NCBI RefSeq assembly: GCF_006345805.1
Contig: NC_043005.1
Span: 12,648,001 to 12,712,000, forward strand
Direction of reading: 5' to 3'
Origin: Octopus sinensis
Lineage: Eukaryota
DNA length: 64,000 bases
Position numbers and translations under genes: made by a program. The notes beneath the pieces are model-generated. The model was given only the letters and a program-made list of their open reading frames with translations, ran no database searches and was not told where the DNA came from. Positions 26,193 through 39,376 of this stretch are shown one piece after another. The stretch's first letter is position 1. Each line of letters begins with the position of its first letter.

Positions 26193-27886
26193 ATTAATTT
26201 CAGTTACTTCTGAACTATATATATATATATATATATGTATACATACAATGTACTCGCATATATATGCACCTAGTAACACTCACGTACACGCTCAGACATC
26301 ACACATACATGCATGCATACATACATATATGTATACATATATACATATATGTATACATATATACATATATGTATACATATATACATATATATATATATAT
26401 GTGTGTGTATGTATACGTATATGCATATGTATGAATGTATGTGTGTGTATGTATGTGTATGTATTTGCATGTCTGTATGTATATGTATGTATATATCTGT
26501 GTATAGGTAGATAGACAGAAAGACAGGCAAATAGACAGACATATAAATAGATAGATACGCATATGCATACATGTGTCTGGATCATTAATAATCGAGGTGT
26601 TTCGGAAATTGATGTTGGCTAATTGATTTTGCCATCCTCAAATGAGAACGTGTGAATCATTGGGCCTGGTTCGTCCATTTGTTAATAACCAAAAATGCTG
26701 TTGACTACGAACTGCCTAATATTCGTTTAATTCATCTGGAATATAAGTTATTCAGATATAACAAGCAAGACTCTAGCCAAGAATTGCTTACATTGAGGCC
26801 ATTAGGTATTGATTTTATGGAAGCCATCTGCCGTTTGTCTTGCATTATATATCTAGTTTTGAGCATATTTGAACGTTCGTGGTTCTCCCGAGTAACATCA
26901 TCAGGATTTCAAATGATCCAGACATCATCCCGTTTAATGGTATCTTCGCTTATTCATGCTTTATTCTCGACCTGTCAAAAGCAGCTGTAAAATTTCCTCC
27001 AGATTTCCCTCTGTTGTCGTACAGAATGGCTGTAATCAAGTTCTACATACATAATGTCGGGAAAAATATAATGACTGTCGCGATACGGATTTCGAATAGA
27101 GGTCTACTCAACAATTCTGACCGAATTCTAAACGATAGGTTACAAAGCAATCTGCAAAAACAGATTATTAGAAATAGCTTTGTGTATATATAGGCGCAGG
27201 TTTAAATATTTGATGAATAATTTCGCTTTGAAAACGTCTCATCCCCTATTGGATCTCCTTGCACAACTTATAATACATTTAGGCTACTAACGTACCTCTC
27301 TTATTATTTCGTGTTTAGTATACCAACCGCCGGTTAGTATACTATAGTATCCCTATCTAATGAGTAAACACCAGATATTACACATTTAAACAATAATGGT
27401 TATCTTCTATGGGAAGTAAAATCAATCTTATGATGATTCTGCTTGTCCCTGCGTTACTTAGCCCATCCGTAACGTTTCCAAGTGATTAGCTGAAGGGAAA
27501 GTCGAAGAGCGAGAGAAAATGCGTGAGAAAGAAAAGGACGGAGAGAGAAAAAAAAGGGATAGAAAAGCGTCCATGACGCGAGGTAGAGGGAACGTAATTG
27601 TAACGCTCTCAAGTGATTAGTTGAAAGGAAACAGAGAACAAAGGGGGGAAAGAAAAAGGAAAGAGGAAAAGAAAATAAGGTGAAGAGTAAGACAAAAAGA
27701 TGGAGAAAGAAAAGACGGAGACAAAAGAAGACAGAAAGAGAAGCGTCCATGAAGTGAGGTAGGGGGAACGTAATACCTATTACGTAGCTAAAAAAATTAG
27801 TTGAAGGTTAGTGATAAAGACGAGGAGCGTTACGAGTATAACTTTAGCAGAGGGGTGATGTTCTGATGGTGAGGTGAAAAAAAGGT

Positions 27887-27887
<1 letters not shown>

Positions 27888-27930
<43 letters not shown>

Positions 27931-28052
27931 GATGATGGTGATGATGATGATGATGATGATGATGATTAGGAGGAGGAGGAGGAGGAGGAGGAGGAGGATG
28001 GTGGTGGTAGTGGTGGTGGTGATGGTGGTGGTGGTGGTGGTGGTGATGGTAG
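27888..28052 (+). repeat. (GA)/(GAT)/(GGA)/(GGT) compound microsatellite
   Basis: Direct reading. Confidence 0.9.
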
Positions 28053-28390
28053 TGAATTGAAAGGTGTATGCAAATTGAAATATGGATAAGCTTTGACCCA
28101 TCGCCATGGCTTATATGTTACCAAAGATGTGGTTTTCAGAGTATGCTACGTTGCATTATATTTTTACTCCAATGAAATTGTGATACCTGTGTCTTACTTC
28201 TAATAGTAGGTCATCAAGTTTGTAGTAAGGTATATGGTAAACTTTGACAGCTGCTCATTTTGCGCCTTTATTATATTTTTACAACCTTTATTTTCTCGTT
28301 AGAAAGCTGACACATCTATTTTTTATTCTAACTCATTTTGCGCTTTATAAAGTATTTATAAATCGTTTTTTTTTCTATTTTTGTTTAGAA

Positions 28391-29325
28391 ATGGTTAAGT
28401 CGGAAATTCGTACAGTTTTGAAATATGAGTTCTTTCTTGGAAATACAGCATCACAGACAACTCTTATTACACAATAGACAGTATCAAATTGGTTTGCAAA
28501 ATTTCGTTCTCGTAATTTTGACCACACAAATTAGCAACACAGGTGCTTAATGACAAACTGAAAGCCACCGCCGAGTCAGATCCATTTCAAAGTGCCCGTG
28601 AATTATTGTTGTTGTTTGATGTTAGGAAGCAAACAATATTGACTTACCTAGTTCAAATCGGTAAAGTGAAAAATTTGGATAAGTGGGTTGCACATGAACT
28701 CAATGAAAATCAGAAGCAGTAACATTTGGAAGCCTGCATTATGCTACTTTCTCGTCAGAAGAATAAATTATTTTCTAACTGAAATGAATCTAATACAACA
28801 ACCGTAAACGATCAGTACAATGATTGGACAAAGTTGAGCCGCCAAAACACAGTCCAAAAAACAAAATTCATCAAAATATGGTGTGTTTGGTAGTCTGGCG
28901 CAGGTGTGATCCATTCTGGCTCATCAATCACGACCGAAGTATACTCCAGCCAACTGGACCAAATGATGCGGAAATGTACAAAAAAACAGCCTAGCTTAAT
29001 CAACAGATCCACTCCTATTTTATTGCAAGACAACGCCAGACCACACATTACAAAAATGACACTGGCGAAACTACGGGAGTTAGAGCTGGAAGTTCTCCAT
29101 CATCCACCATACTCTCCTGATCTTGCCCCCACTGACAACCACTTCTTCCTGAATTTCGATAACTTTTTGATAGGAAAAAAATTTAATTCCGACGACGCTG
29201 TAAAATAGGTCTTCCAAGATTTTATTGACTCTAGATTGCCAGGCTTTTACAGTTCCAGGATGGACAAGCTACCACTGAAATGGCAAAAGTGTATTGACAA
29301 TATGGATGCATACTTTGATGAATAA
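28391..29325 (+). pseudogene. Near full-length mariner transposase pseudogene
   Basis: MVKSEIRTVLKYEF..WVAHEL..LQDNARPH..HPPYSPDLAPTD..WQKCIDNMDAYFDE*, with stops and frameshifts. Confidence 0.92.
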
Positions 29326-29968
29326 AACTATTCCTTGTATTTATAAAACTTTAGCAAACGTTCTTTCTCTTTTCTACAAAATTCATATTTGACGACAACA
29401 TTTTTACTACAAAATTTTTGTTTCCTAGGAATGAAATTGTGACAGTGTAAAATTCAAAATGTAATTTGGTTTTTTAATGGGTAAAATGAAAAAAATTGGA
29501 GTGAATATTTATTCTATAAATGCTGTGTATTAAGTCTATAAAATTGTGCACAAAGTATATTAAGTACATAAAGTGAATTAAGTAATTGTCGTATTCCAAT
29601 TTCATTCACTTTTCAAAGAGTTAAAGATGAGCGACTATCTTTCCATACAGACACAACACAGGCACAACACTCTTTCAGGTTTTTGGATAAGGTTTTCAGA
29701 AATACCCAATAAATTTACCATTAAATCCGTGAGATATTCACGGGTCCCGTTAGTAAGAAATAATGTATTTTGAAGCAATTTCATTGTAATGATCTATTTT
29801 TGAATAATAGGGTAATCAATAACAATACAAAAGTAATTGGGCATTTTCTTTACTTTGTAATGCTTTCTTCATCCGACATGTGCGGAAGCTGGGCGATGAA
29901 CGTAAAATATCTGCCAGGAAAGTGATTATATTCGAAGTAGTTTATTTTTACAATATTAGTTTTCCAAA

Positions 29969-30360
29969 GGCGGGGAGCTAGCAGAAACGTTAGAACGCCG
30001 GGCGAAATGCCTCGCGGTATTTCGTCTGCCGCTACGTTCTGAGTTCAAATTCCGCCGAGGTCGACTTTGCTTTTCATCCTTTCGGGGTCGATTAAATAAG
30101 TACCAGTTACGCACTAGGGTCGATATAATCGACTTAATCCATTAGTCTGTCTTTGTTTGTCCTCTCTGTGTTTAACCCCCTGTGGGTAGTAAAGAAATAG
30201 GTATTTCGACTGTCTGAGTTCAAATTCCACCGAGAATGACTTTGCCTTTCTTTCTTTCGGAGTCAATAAATGAAGTACTAGTTGCGTACATGGATCGATC
30301 TAATCGATTGGCCTCCTTACCAAAAATTTCCATCCTTGTACCTACAGTTAAAAAGAATAT
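29969..30360 (+). mobile_element. SINE family B unit plus a headless second unit with a type-2 tail
   Basis: Junction aaagaaatag|gtatttcgac at about 30200. Confidence 0.85.
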
Positions 30361-30924
30361 TAACTTTCCATCGAATTCGGCACTCCTATTTGTTTCTCCT
30401 TCAAAAAATTAGTGAGTTAATGATTAGCCTTTAAAAACTTGTAACCAACAACCTTCTTTGTTTCCAAACTGGAGTAAACTGCGTATTTTATAGACTGCCG
30501 AGTGATGAAAAGTAAAGTTAACCTCGGCGGAAATCGAATGCAAAATGTAAAATGCTGGAACGATTCTGTCAGTTCACAGCTGTTAATATTAGTATAGGCA
30601 CTTTGCCAGCAATTTTGAGGAGAGCGAAAAGTGAATTATAGTATATTATTCCTAGTACTTGGCTAGTATTTTGTTTTAGTTGCTCATGAAAGGATGGAAA
30701 ATAAAGTTATCATAGTGGTATTATTAAATAGTACACACAGTTCTATAACAAAATACGGTAAATCAGTTTCTCCGTTCCAAATAAGATATTTTATAAGACA
30801 AATTACGTTATCATAAATCAATTCTTTTTCTTTCGTTTTCGGATTTGGTTTGCAAGATTCTTTATGAGTTCGTGTGTTGAAAATAAAAATAATAACAAAA
30901 TGTTTTAAAATAAGAAATAAATAA

Positions 30925-31335
30925 GGCGCAGGAGTGGCTGTGTGGTAAATAGCTTGCTAACCAACCACATGGTTCCGGGTTCAGTCCCACTGCGTGGCAT
31001 CTTGGGCAAGTGTCTTCTGCTATAGCCCCGGGCTGACCAATGCCTTGTGAGTGGACTTGGTAGACGGAAACTGAAAGAAGCCTGTCGTATATTTATGTAT
31101 ATAAGTGTGTGTGTATATGTTTGTGTGTCTGTGTTTGTCCCCCTAGCATTGCTTGACAACCGATGCTGGTGTGTTTACGTCCCCGTCACTTAGCGGTTCG
31201 GCAAAAGAGACCGATAGAATAAGTACTGGGCTTACAAAGAATAAGTCCCGGGGTCGATTTGCTTGACTAAAGGCGGTGCTCCAGCATGGCCGCAGTCAAA
31301 TGACTGAAGCAAGTAAAAGAGCAAGTAAAAGAGTA
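30925..31335 (+). mobile_element. SINE family A, well-preserved copy
   Basis: ggcgcaggagtggctgtgtggtaa ... gactgaagcaagtaaaagag tail. Confidence 0.92.
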
Positions 31336-31684
31336 AATGGAAATTTTACCTGTGAGTGTGTTAAATTATAAGGTACAAAAAGAAAACGACTCTCCCCAGA
31401 CACAACAGAATTCTTTTTCTTCCTGCGTTTTATGAGCAAAACAGTTCATTTCACGTTGATCCAGTCGATTCAGCTGGAAAAAATTAATAATCCTGTGACG
31501 AATCGGCGTTCCGTCCAGGGCACACAATGTTCGCCACAGAATCCGAGAAAGCTCTTTACCATTAAATCCGTGAGATATTCACGGGTCCCGTTAGTAAGAA
31601 CTAACGTATTTTGAAACAATTTCATTGTAATGATCTATTTTTGAATAATTGGGCTTTGAATTCAATAATAGAGCTTTGATTTCA

Positions 31685-32046
31685 AACGCGCATGCGCGCG
31701 CACGTGTGTGTGTCTATGTGTGTGTGTTTGTCTGAGTGTATGTATATGTGTGTGTATGTGTGTGTGAGTATATGTGTATATATGTGTGTGTGAGTGTGTA
31801 TGTGTATGTATGTGTTTGTGTGAGCGTGTTTGTGTGTGTATGTGTGTGTGAGTTTGTATATATGTGTGTATTTGTGTGTTTGTGTATGTATAAGTGCGTG
31901 TATGTATGTGAGTGTATGTGTGGATATGTGTGTTTCTGTGTGTGTATGTGGATGTGAGTGTGCATATATATGTGTGTTTGTGTGTGTGCTTGTGTATGTA
32001 TGTGTGAGTGTGTATATGCGTGTATGTTTGTGTGTATATGTGTGTA
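31685..32046 (+). repeat. Degenerate (TG)n tract
   Basis: Direct reading. Confidence 0.9.
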
Positions 32047-32084
32047 TTATTTATCATTTATCTTTCATTTCTTTCAGATATTTC

Positions 32085-32452
32085 ATTGTGGCCATGGTGG
32101 GGCACCACCTTCAGAAAGTATTTTAGTTGTATGTATCGACACCAGTACATATTTTTTAAAGCCTGGTACTATTCAATCGGTTTCCTTGGCGGAACCGCCA
32201 ATTTACGGGGACGTAAACACACCAGCACCGGTTGTCAAGCAGTGGTGGGAGGACAAACAAGGGCAGAAAGATACACACATAGATACATATATACGTGGAT
32301 ACGACGAGTTTCTTTCAGTTTCCGTCTGCCAAATCAACTTACAAGGCTTTGGTAGTCCCAGTGCAATAGTAGAAGATACTCGCCCAAGGTATCACGCAAT
32401 GGGACTCAACTAGAAGTCATGTGGTTGGGAAGCAAGCTTCTTAACACTCAAG
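32085..32452 (-). mobile_element. SINE family A, diverged
   Basis: Homologous to the other copies. Confidence 0.8.
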
Positions 32453-32478
32453 TGTGTATATATATATATTATATATAG

Positions 32479-32510
<32 letters not shown>

Positions 32511-32910
32511 ACATAGATATTCTACATCATCCATCGTCCCAGCAGAACTCTATATAAAATATTCCGAGATAATTTCGAATTGACGACGCAAGAAGCATCA
32601 ATTATTTTACTCTTGAACACGTCAAAAATTCGGCATTAGAGTATGACAATCATCATTTTATCTTTTAATCTGTTAATAGTCAATAAAAAGGTTCAAGTTC
32701 TTCTCCTTAACAACGCACTGCCGCTAGGATAAAGCACTGCCGATAGGACAAACTCGCAATTTGGGAGAGAAATCTCTGTTTAGCTCACAAACTTTGACAC
32801 ATACACAAAAAGACATACTAATCAAACGCACAAGATGTTATTTCAATCATTTAATACCATCTTGTGCATTTGTCTCCATTTTCCTTTACACTTTGTTACA
32901 TCTATGTACG

Positions 32911-32911
<1 letters not shown>

Positions 32912-32999
<88 letters not shown>

Positions 33000-33019
33000 G
33001 ATAGATAAATAGATAGATA

Positions 33020-33076
<57 letters not shown>

Positions 33077-33151
33077 AGATAGATAGATAGGTATATAGTA
33101 GATAGATAGATAGTAGATAGATAGATAGATAGGATAGATAGATAGATAGAT

Positions 33152-33219
<68 letters not shown>

Positions 33220-33245
33220 AGATGATAGATAGTAGATGATAGATA

Positions 33246-33277
<32 letters not shown>

Positions 33278-33284
33278 TAGATAG

Positions 33285-33344
<60 letters not shown>

Positions 33345-33574
33345 AGATAGATCTATATATGTGTAATATATATGATATATATATATATATATATACGCAC
33401 AAATCTAGGAGTGAATTTGCACTGCTTTTTAGAACGATAACTAACGTCCTTATCTGTTTAGTGTGTGGATTTTCTGTTCGTTCCTTTACCAAGCTCCTGT
33501 TTCATTTTTTAACATTATATACCTACGTATATATACATTATATATATATACGCCCACACCCATACATACATACA

Positions 33575-33608
<34 letters not shown>

Positions 33609-33694
33609 ACATGCATACATACATACATACATACATACATACATCATACATACATACATACATACATCCATACATACATACTACATACAAATAT

Positions 33695-33750
<56 letters not shown>

Positions 33751-33755
33751 TATAT
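32912..33755 (+). repeat. (TA)n, (GATA)n and (CATA)n microsatellite blocks
   Basis: Direct reading. Confidence 0.95.
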
Positions 33756-34359
33756 AACCTAGACGATAGCGTGTAGTCATTTACACAGCAGACACACTAG
33801 TAGTCTAGTAGTCTTTATACTGATTGACTTAAAGACAATTAGATTACTGAATGATAAAACAACAAAAAGGAGAAAAACACTTGTCAATGAAAATGGTTCA
33901 AAAAGTGATAACGTAAATGGCGTAATACCGTCTCAAAGATGTCTACCTCTACTTTACTTATACTATTAAGGCCAACCAATTGAAGAAGAGAGAATAGAGA
34001 GTTGTTAAATATACGAAACAAGGATATAAAATTGGGGGGGGGGAGATGAAGAGAGAGAGAAAATAAATAAATAGATAAATAAATAAATGAGTAAAGAAAG
34101 AAGGGAAGAAATTCTAGTTAATCTTTATTAGCAATCAGATTGACTTTCCTCTAAAGAGATCAAAGTAGATGCTTGTAAGAGATTAGAAGTCGACTGTAGC
34201 CAACGGGGGGAAAAGGAAATCAAAAATGTGTTGCGTTAAAGAGTGAAGTTGATTTAAGTGTGAGTATTCCTGTCCATTATTTAGTTATGACACCAGTTCG
34301 GAGGAAGTGAGGTGGGGAGGGTTATGTGGCTGAACAAGGGGCGGTGTAAACAGCTATAA

Positions 34360-34440
34360 AGGTAGATTTATACACATACATATGTATCTCTGTATGTCTA
34401 ACTATTTTATGTATGTACATACACAAAAAGGTGTGCACAT

Positions 34441-34484
<44 letters not shown>

Positions 34485-34682
34485 GTGTTTGTGTATATAT
34501 ATATATATATATATATACATATACATAAATATACATAAATGGGTATTACATATGCATACATGCATATATATGTATATATATGTATATATATATATATATA
34601 AATATACATATAAAATATACATATATATACGTATATATATATGTATGTGTGTATGTATATATATCTGTGTATGTGTGTGTGC

Positions 34683-34722
<40 letters not shown>

Positions 34723-34729
34723 CTGTGTG

Positions 34730-34761
<32 letters not shown>

Positions 34762-35090
34762 TATGTATTGCATATCTATTGATATATATATATTTAGAGA
34801 TATATGTATGTATATACTTGTGTGTGTGCGTGTGTGTGAGTGTATTTGTATGTGTATTTGTGTTAGTGTGTGTCTGTGTATGTATGTATGTACGTACGTA
34901 AGTATGTATGTACGTATGTATATATGTATGTATGTACGTATGTATGTATGTATGTATGTATGTATGTACGTACGTACGTATGTATGTATGTATGTATGTA
35001 TGTATGTATGTATGTACGTACGTACGTATGTATGTATGTATGTATGTATGTAGTATGTATGTATGTATGTATGTATGTATGTATGTATTA
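34360..35090 (+). repeat. (TA)/(TG)/(TATG) microsatellite block
   Basis: Direct reading. Confidence 0.95.
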
Positions 35091-35359
35091 TAGAAGATTG
35101 GAATTCGAATAGTGTGAAGCTGTTGCTTCAAAAAGACAAAACAACTACCGAGCGACACACTAGGAATGCGAGAGAAAAACTGGAGAAAAACAAAAAGTAA
35201 TAAATTAATAGAAAGAAAGAAATACAGAAGAACAGTGGGAGAGGGGAAGGATAAAGTGAGGCTGAGAGAAGGAAATTATGTGAATAAGAGAGAAAGAGAA
35301 ATATACACGCAAAGATATTGGTAAAACGGAGTGCAGAAAGACACAGCGAGAGAGATAGA

Positions 35360-35409
<50 letters not shown>

Positions 35410-36206
35410 TGCATTAGAAATTTATAAAGAAATATACGTAGCTTAATGGAGGAAAGTGTGCGGAATAAAAATATAGAAGAATAAAAAAAAAAGTTAGATA
35501 AGGAGAGTAGAAATGATAAAATAAGTCGAAATAGAAGGTGAGAAAGGAGAAACAAGACACGGATGGAAAAGGAGGGAAGAAAAAAAATATCAAAAAATAA
35601 AGAGTTAAAAGACGGGAATGAGGAGTGAGTTTTAGAGGGAGAGCTAGGAAGCGGAGAAAGGGAGAGTATGGAAAGAGAGGGCAGAAAGATTTCGGTTAAA
35701 AGGAAAAAAAAATGAGGCGAAATTAAAGTTTGAATTAAGTCAAAATCAAAGAGTGTCAAAGAACGAACAACAAACGAAACAGAAACAGCAATGACGTCGA
35801 TTGCGATGACAACGGCTCTGGCGATGACAACAAACGGCAATAACAACGATGGAGACTAGCGCAACATCTAAAAGAACATCATAACCTAACATAAAGAGTA
35901 AGAAGGAAAGTGCTAGAAATAACCCGGTGCTCTATTATCGTTGTTTTCAAAGTCCAGACATCTGAAGGGTGAATGGATTAAATTAATTTAAATTGTGCTC
36001 CAGTCTCAATAAATATAGATATCTAGGTAAAGTTTTTTTTCGTCCACGTATTGGAATGAAAGAAGACTAAAATATGTTTCGAAATATACTGGAAAATGTA
36101 CTTTTTTTTTTTACTCTCGTTTCTCTGCATCATATTTTATTTAAAATATAATTTGGGTGTCTAAGATTTCTCTTTTTTCAGATTCGACAGATACATAAAT
36201 ATTTTG

Positions 36207-36291
<85 letters not shown>

Positions 36292-36305
36292 TAATTGATT
36301 GATTG
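36207..36305 (+). repeat. (GATA)n microsatellite
   Basis: Direct reading. Confidence 0.95.
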
Positions 36306-37156
36306 ATGCTGTATGAATAAATTGAAAGGAATATAAAGCGATTTAATGTAGCCAGGTAGCGGGGATTTATCACCACGCTGCGATATAATCAAGACTGAAT
36401 TTTGCACCAAAAAGGTAATATGAGATTTTCACTCATGGCAACTACCTCAATAAAGCATATTCTTAATTGCCCTCGTTCAACTGAGGATGAATAATACATC
36501 TTGGTATTAATACCGCCTCTTTCGCCATATATATTATATATATATATATATATAAGAAACTAGTCCATCAGAAGATCTACAGTTACAATAAAGTAATCAT
36601 TATCAATACTTTTTGGCTCGTATACTGCTTCTATCTCGAATAGAGATTCTCTATCTGACTAGTTACCTAGTTACAAAATCAGTGATTGTATGACACGGGG
36701 TTTTCTATATATTGCAAGTGAGGTTAAATTGCTGCCATTCCTGGCAAACGAGTACCCACCACCGAGGAGATCAAATACAGATCGAAACCACATGATCTGG
36801 TGGTCTCATAGCTAGAGTGGAATGAGTTATCTCCCACTTGCAATAAATAACGAGAGCATGAAGCGCACTGAAAAGAAACAGCTGCAGAAAGTGTCTTCCT
36901 GGGGTTAAATAGCAGTATCCTCTCGTCTCTTAGAAGACAGCTACATTGAAGTGGCCATTCTCAACGCTTTATATATATATATATATATATATACAAAATG
37001 AGAAAATGGAGAAATATATCTAAATCAATCATCAACTATCAGATAATACCCAATCAATACTTTATTAAACCATTACACAATAGCAATGATATTATACATT
37101 AATATAGTACAAATATAACAAGACATAGAAATAGAAATAGAAATACATTTACATTG

Positions 37157-37270
37157 TAGCTGACAGCTGTTTCGGCCGTGAAGACAGGTATGTCCCATTT
37201 AACCTATTGGCCATATAAAGCAGGTATAAATGAGATATTAACAAGAATATCTCACGGCCTCTTCAGAGAA
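37157..37270 (-). ncRNA. Type-I hammerhead motif with long helix II insertion
   Basis: cu CUGAAGA GGCCGUGA [~70 nt] UCACGGCC GAAA CAGCUG UC ag: perfect 8-bp helix II, ACAGCUGU palindrome, GUC triplet; helix I only 2 bp. Confidence 0.65.
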
Positions 37271-37894
37271 TTTAATGCAAGTATGAGTACAAATCCTAAA
37301 AAAATTTACATATAAATATAAATATGTGTGCATACACACTCATATTCTTACATATATATATATATATATACACAATAATACAATATAAACAATATAGCTC
37401 AATTTACATCAACAAACACAATAATGTTCCATATTGAACTCCACAGTTCGATAACCAACATCAAGAAACCACAACAGGTACACTCACACTCAAAGCTGGC
37501 ATATATCTTACAACCCCTATCTCATTTTGTAATATATATATATATATAAAGGGGGATAATTCCCTAAAAAAACAAAGGTGAAGACAGGTGGTGTCGACAA
37601 CAAACAGATGTATTAGTTTAACACTCAGGAAATAAAAAAAAGTCTTTAACGTTTCGAGCCTACTCTCTTTCACAGATATGAACACAGAAAGAAACAAGGA
37701 GAGAAGATAAATAATGTTTAGTGGCTAGCGATCTATCATGACGAATGCCGGACAGAAGGGTCACATCACAATATATGGATTCAGCTAATCCGGTGGTACT
37801 CATAAAAAAGCTCCTTAATGTATCATTTCAGAGAACACAGAATATATAGTACTATATAAAAGAAAGACATAAGGAGTGTATAATATTTTGAATA

Positions 37895-38312
37895 ACGAGA
37901 AAAATATACTATGGTAAAATTTATTCTACCATAGGAAATTCTTATTTAACGACAATTGTTTCACAGCTTAATAAACATGTATAGACAATTTATTTTATGA
38001 TATTACAAAGTAAGTAACAAATTACATGATTGCATTAATGTATATACAATATTTAAATTAATGCAGATATTTAGCTAACTCTTCAGGTTAAAGTAAATCC
38101 ATGTTAAAAATAACACCTCAAGAGCTTACTTAATATCTGCATTAATATAAAGATTGTATATATATATTAATACTGACATGTAAGTAATTTATTACTTATT
38201 ATATAAAATAATAAATCATGTTATTTATACATGCTTATTAAGCTACGAAACAACTGGCGTGAAATAAAAATTTCCAATGGTAAAATAAATTTATCATAGT
38301 ATATTTCTTTCG
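37895..38312. repeat. Imperfect ~190-bp inverted repeat made of two oppositely oriented hammerhead-bearing units
   Basis: Arms 37895-38080 and 38120-38312 align by eye at roughly 75-80%. Confidence 0.75.
37945..38092 (-). ncRNA. Type-I hammerhead motif with long helix II insertion
   Basis: uuuaac CUGAAGA guuagcu..[~100 nt]..agcugu GAAA CAAUUG UC guuaaa: 6-bp helix I, ACAAUUGU palindrome, GUC triplet; helix II relies on wobbles and a bulge. Confidence 0.6.
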
Positions 38313-38502
38313 TTGTATGTAATTTCATATATATGAATATATATATTAAAAAATTGGGAAATGAAGTATATAAAACCCAGGCCACATATGTTTCATATCT
38401 CGGAAGCTAGTCTTCAGGTGAAGGATACCTTGAATCTATACATTCCGGCCACTAACCATCTACATCTTGATACTTGGATGTTACCTTTACATATATGTAT
38501 AT

Positions 38503-38560
38503 ATACTTTATAATTAGGGTTCAGCAAAGAATCCTTTGCTGAACCCTAATTATAAAGTAT
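38503..38560. repeat. Perfect 27-bp inverted repeat with 4-nt loop
   Basis: atactttataattagggttcagcaaag-aatc-ctttgctgaaccctaattataaagtat. Confidence 0.95.
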
Positions 38561-39031
38561 TACTTAAGCTTACCATGAAATTGTCTTTTTCATGCCGAAT
38601 TCTACTTGATGAAATTACTGATTACTCCTTAATTAATTAATTTTACCCATTGTTATTTTTTGTATGTATATATATATACATGTAATCTATACATTCTGGC
38701 CACCAACCATCTACATCTTGATCCTTGGATGTTACCTTTACATGTATGATAGTATAAGCAAAAAATTTACTCCAAGCAGCGAGCGATAAATAGTATTTAA
38801 CAAAGAAAGGATCTGTGTAGGAACAACTATTGGTTTGATGCTCAGATAGAGCGTACAGTCATCGGGCGGGCTTATATAGCGTTCTGGGTAACATCATGCA
38901 GTCGTTCAAACTCAAGATAAAGTGCACCTACTCTCTGACAAAAATAAAAGCATAACAGAACGAGAAAAACGTAAGGCTTGAAAGGAAAGGGAGTTTAGAG
39001 CTGTATCTTTTGGCCTGCCGAATACTGGTAA

Positions 39032-39376
39032 TCGATTTAGATTCCTAACTACTCCCACATTTTGCGGTGCAGTTTAACCAAAACCGGGTATCTTATAGTC
39101 GTGATTCATATCGAGCCCTTCTGGGTATTAGCGCGCGTCTACGATGAGTCTACGATTTAAAAAAAAATTACCATCATTTTTTCCCATTTTTAATGCATTA
39201 TATAAGGGAAGTAACTCTCTAAAAATGTATTATTAAATCTCAGAACGTAAAAAGCTACAGTAACACACCTCTTTGTGGTTAGCCATATTGAGATGGCTAT
39301 TATACTTTACATCTCTAAAAATGCTTATATAGTTATTTCCCTTACAAACCCGAGCAACGCCGGGCGATACTGCTAG
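39032..39376 (+). mobile_element. Non-autonomous Helitron, 5'-truncated
   Basis: Reverse complement of 7931-8290; ends in hairpin plus CTAG|T. Confidence 0.85.

Noticed and set aside
26590-27200. Microsatellite-free, coding-like segment with two plus-strand ORFs over 100 aa
   Set aside because: No recognisable motif in six frames by eye; probably an old transposon relic. A translated search is needed.
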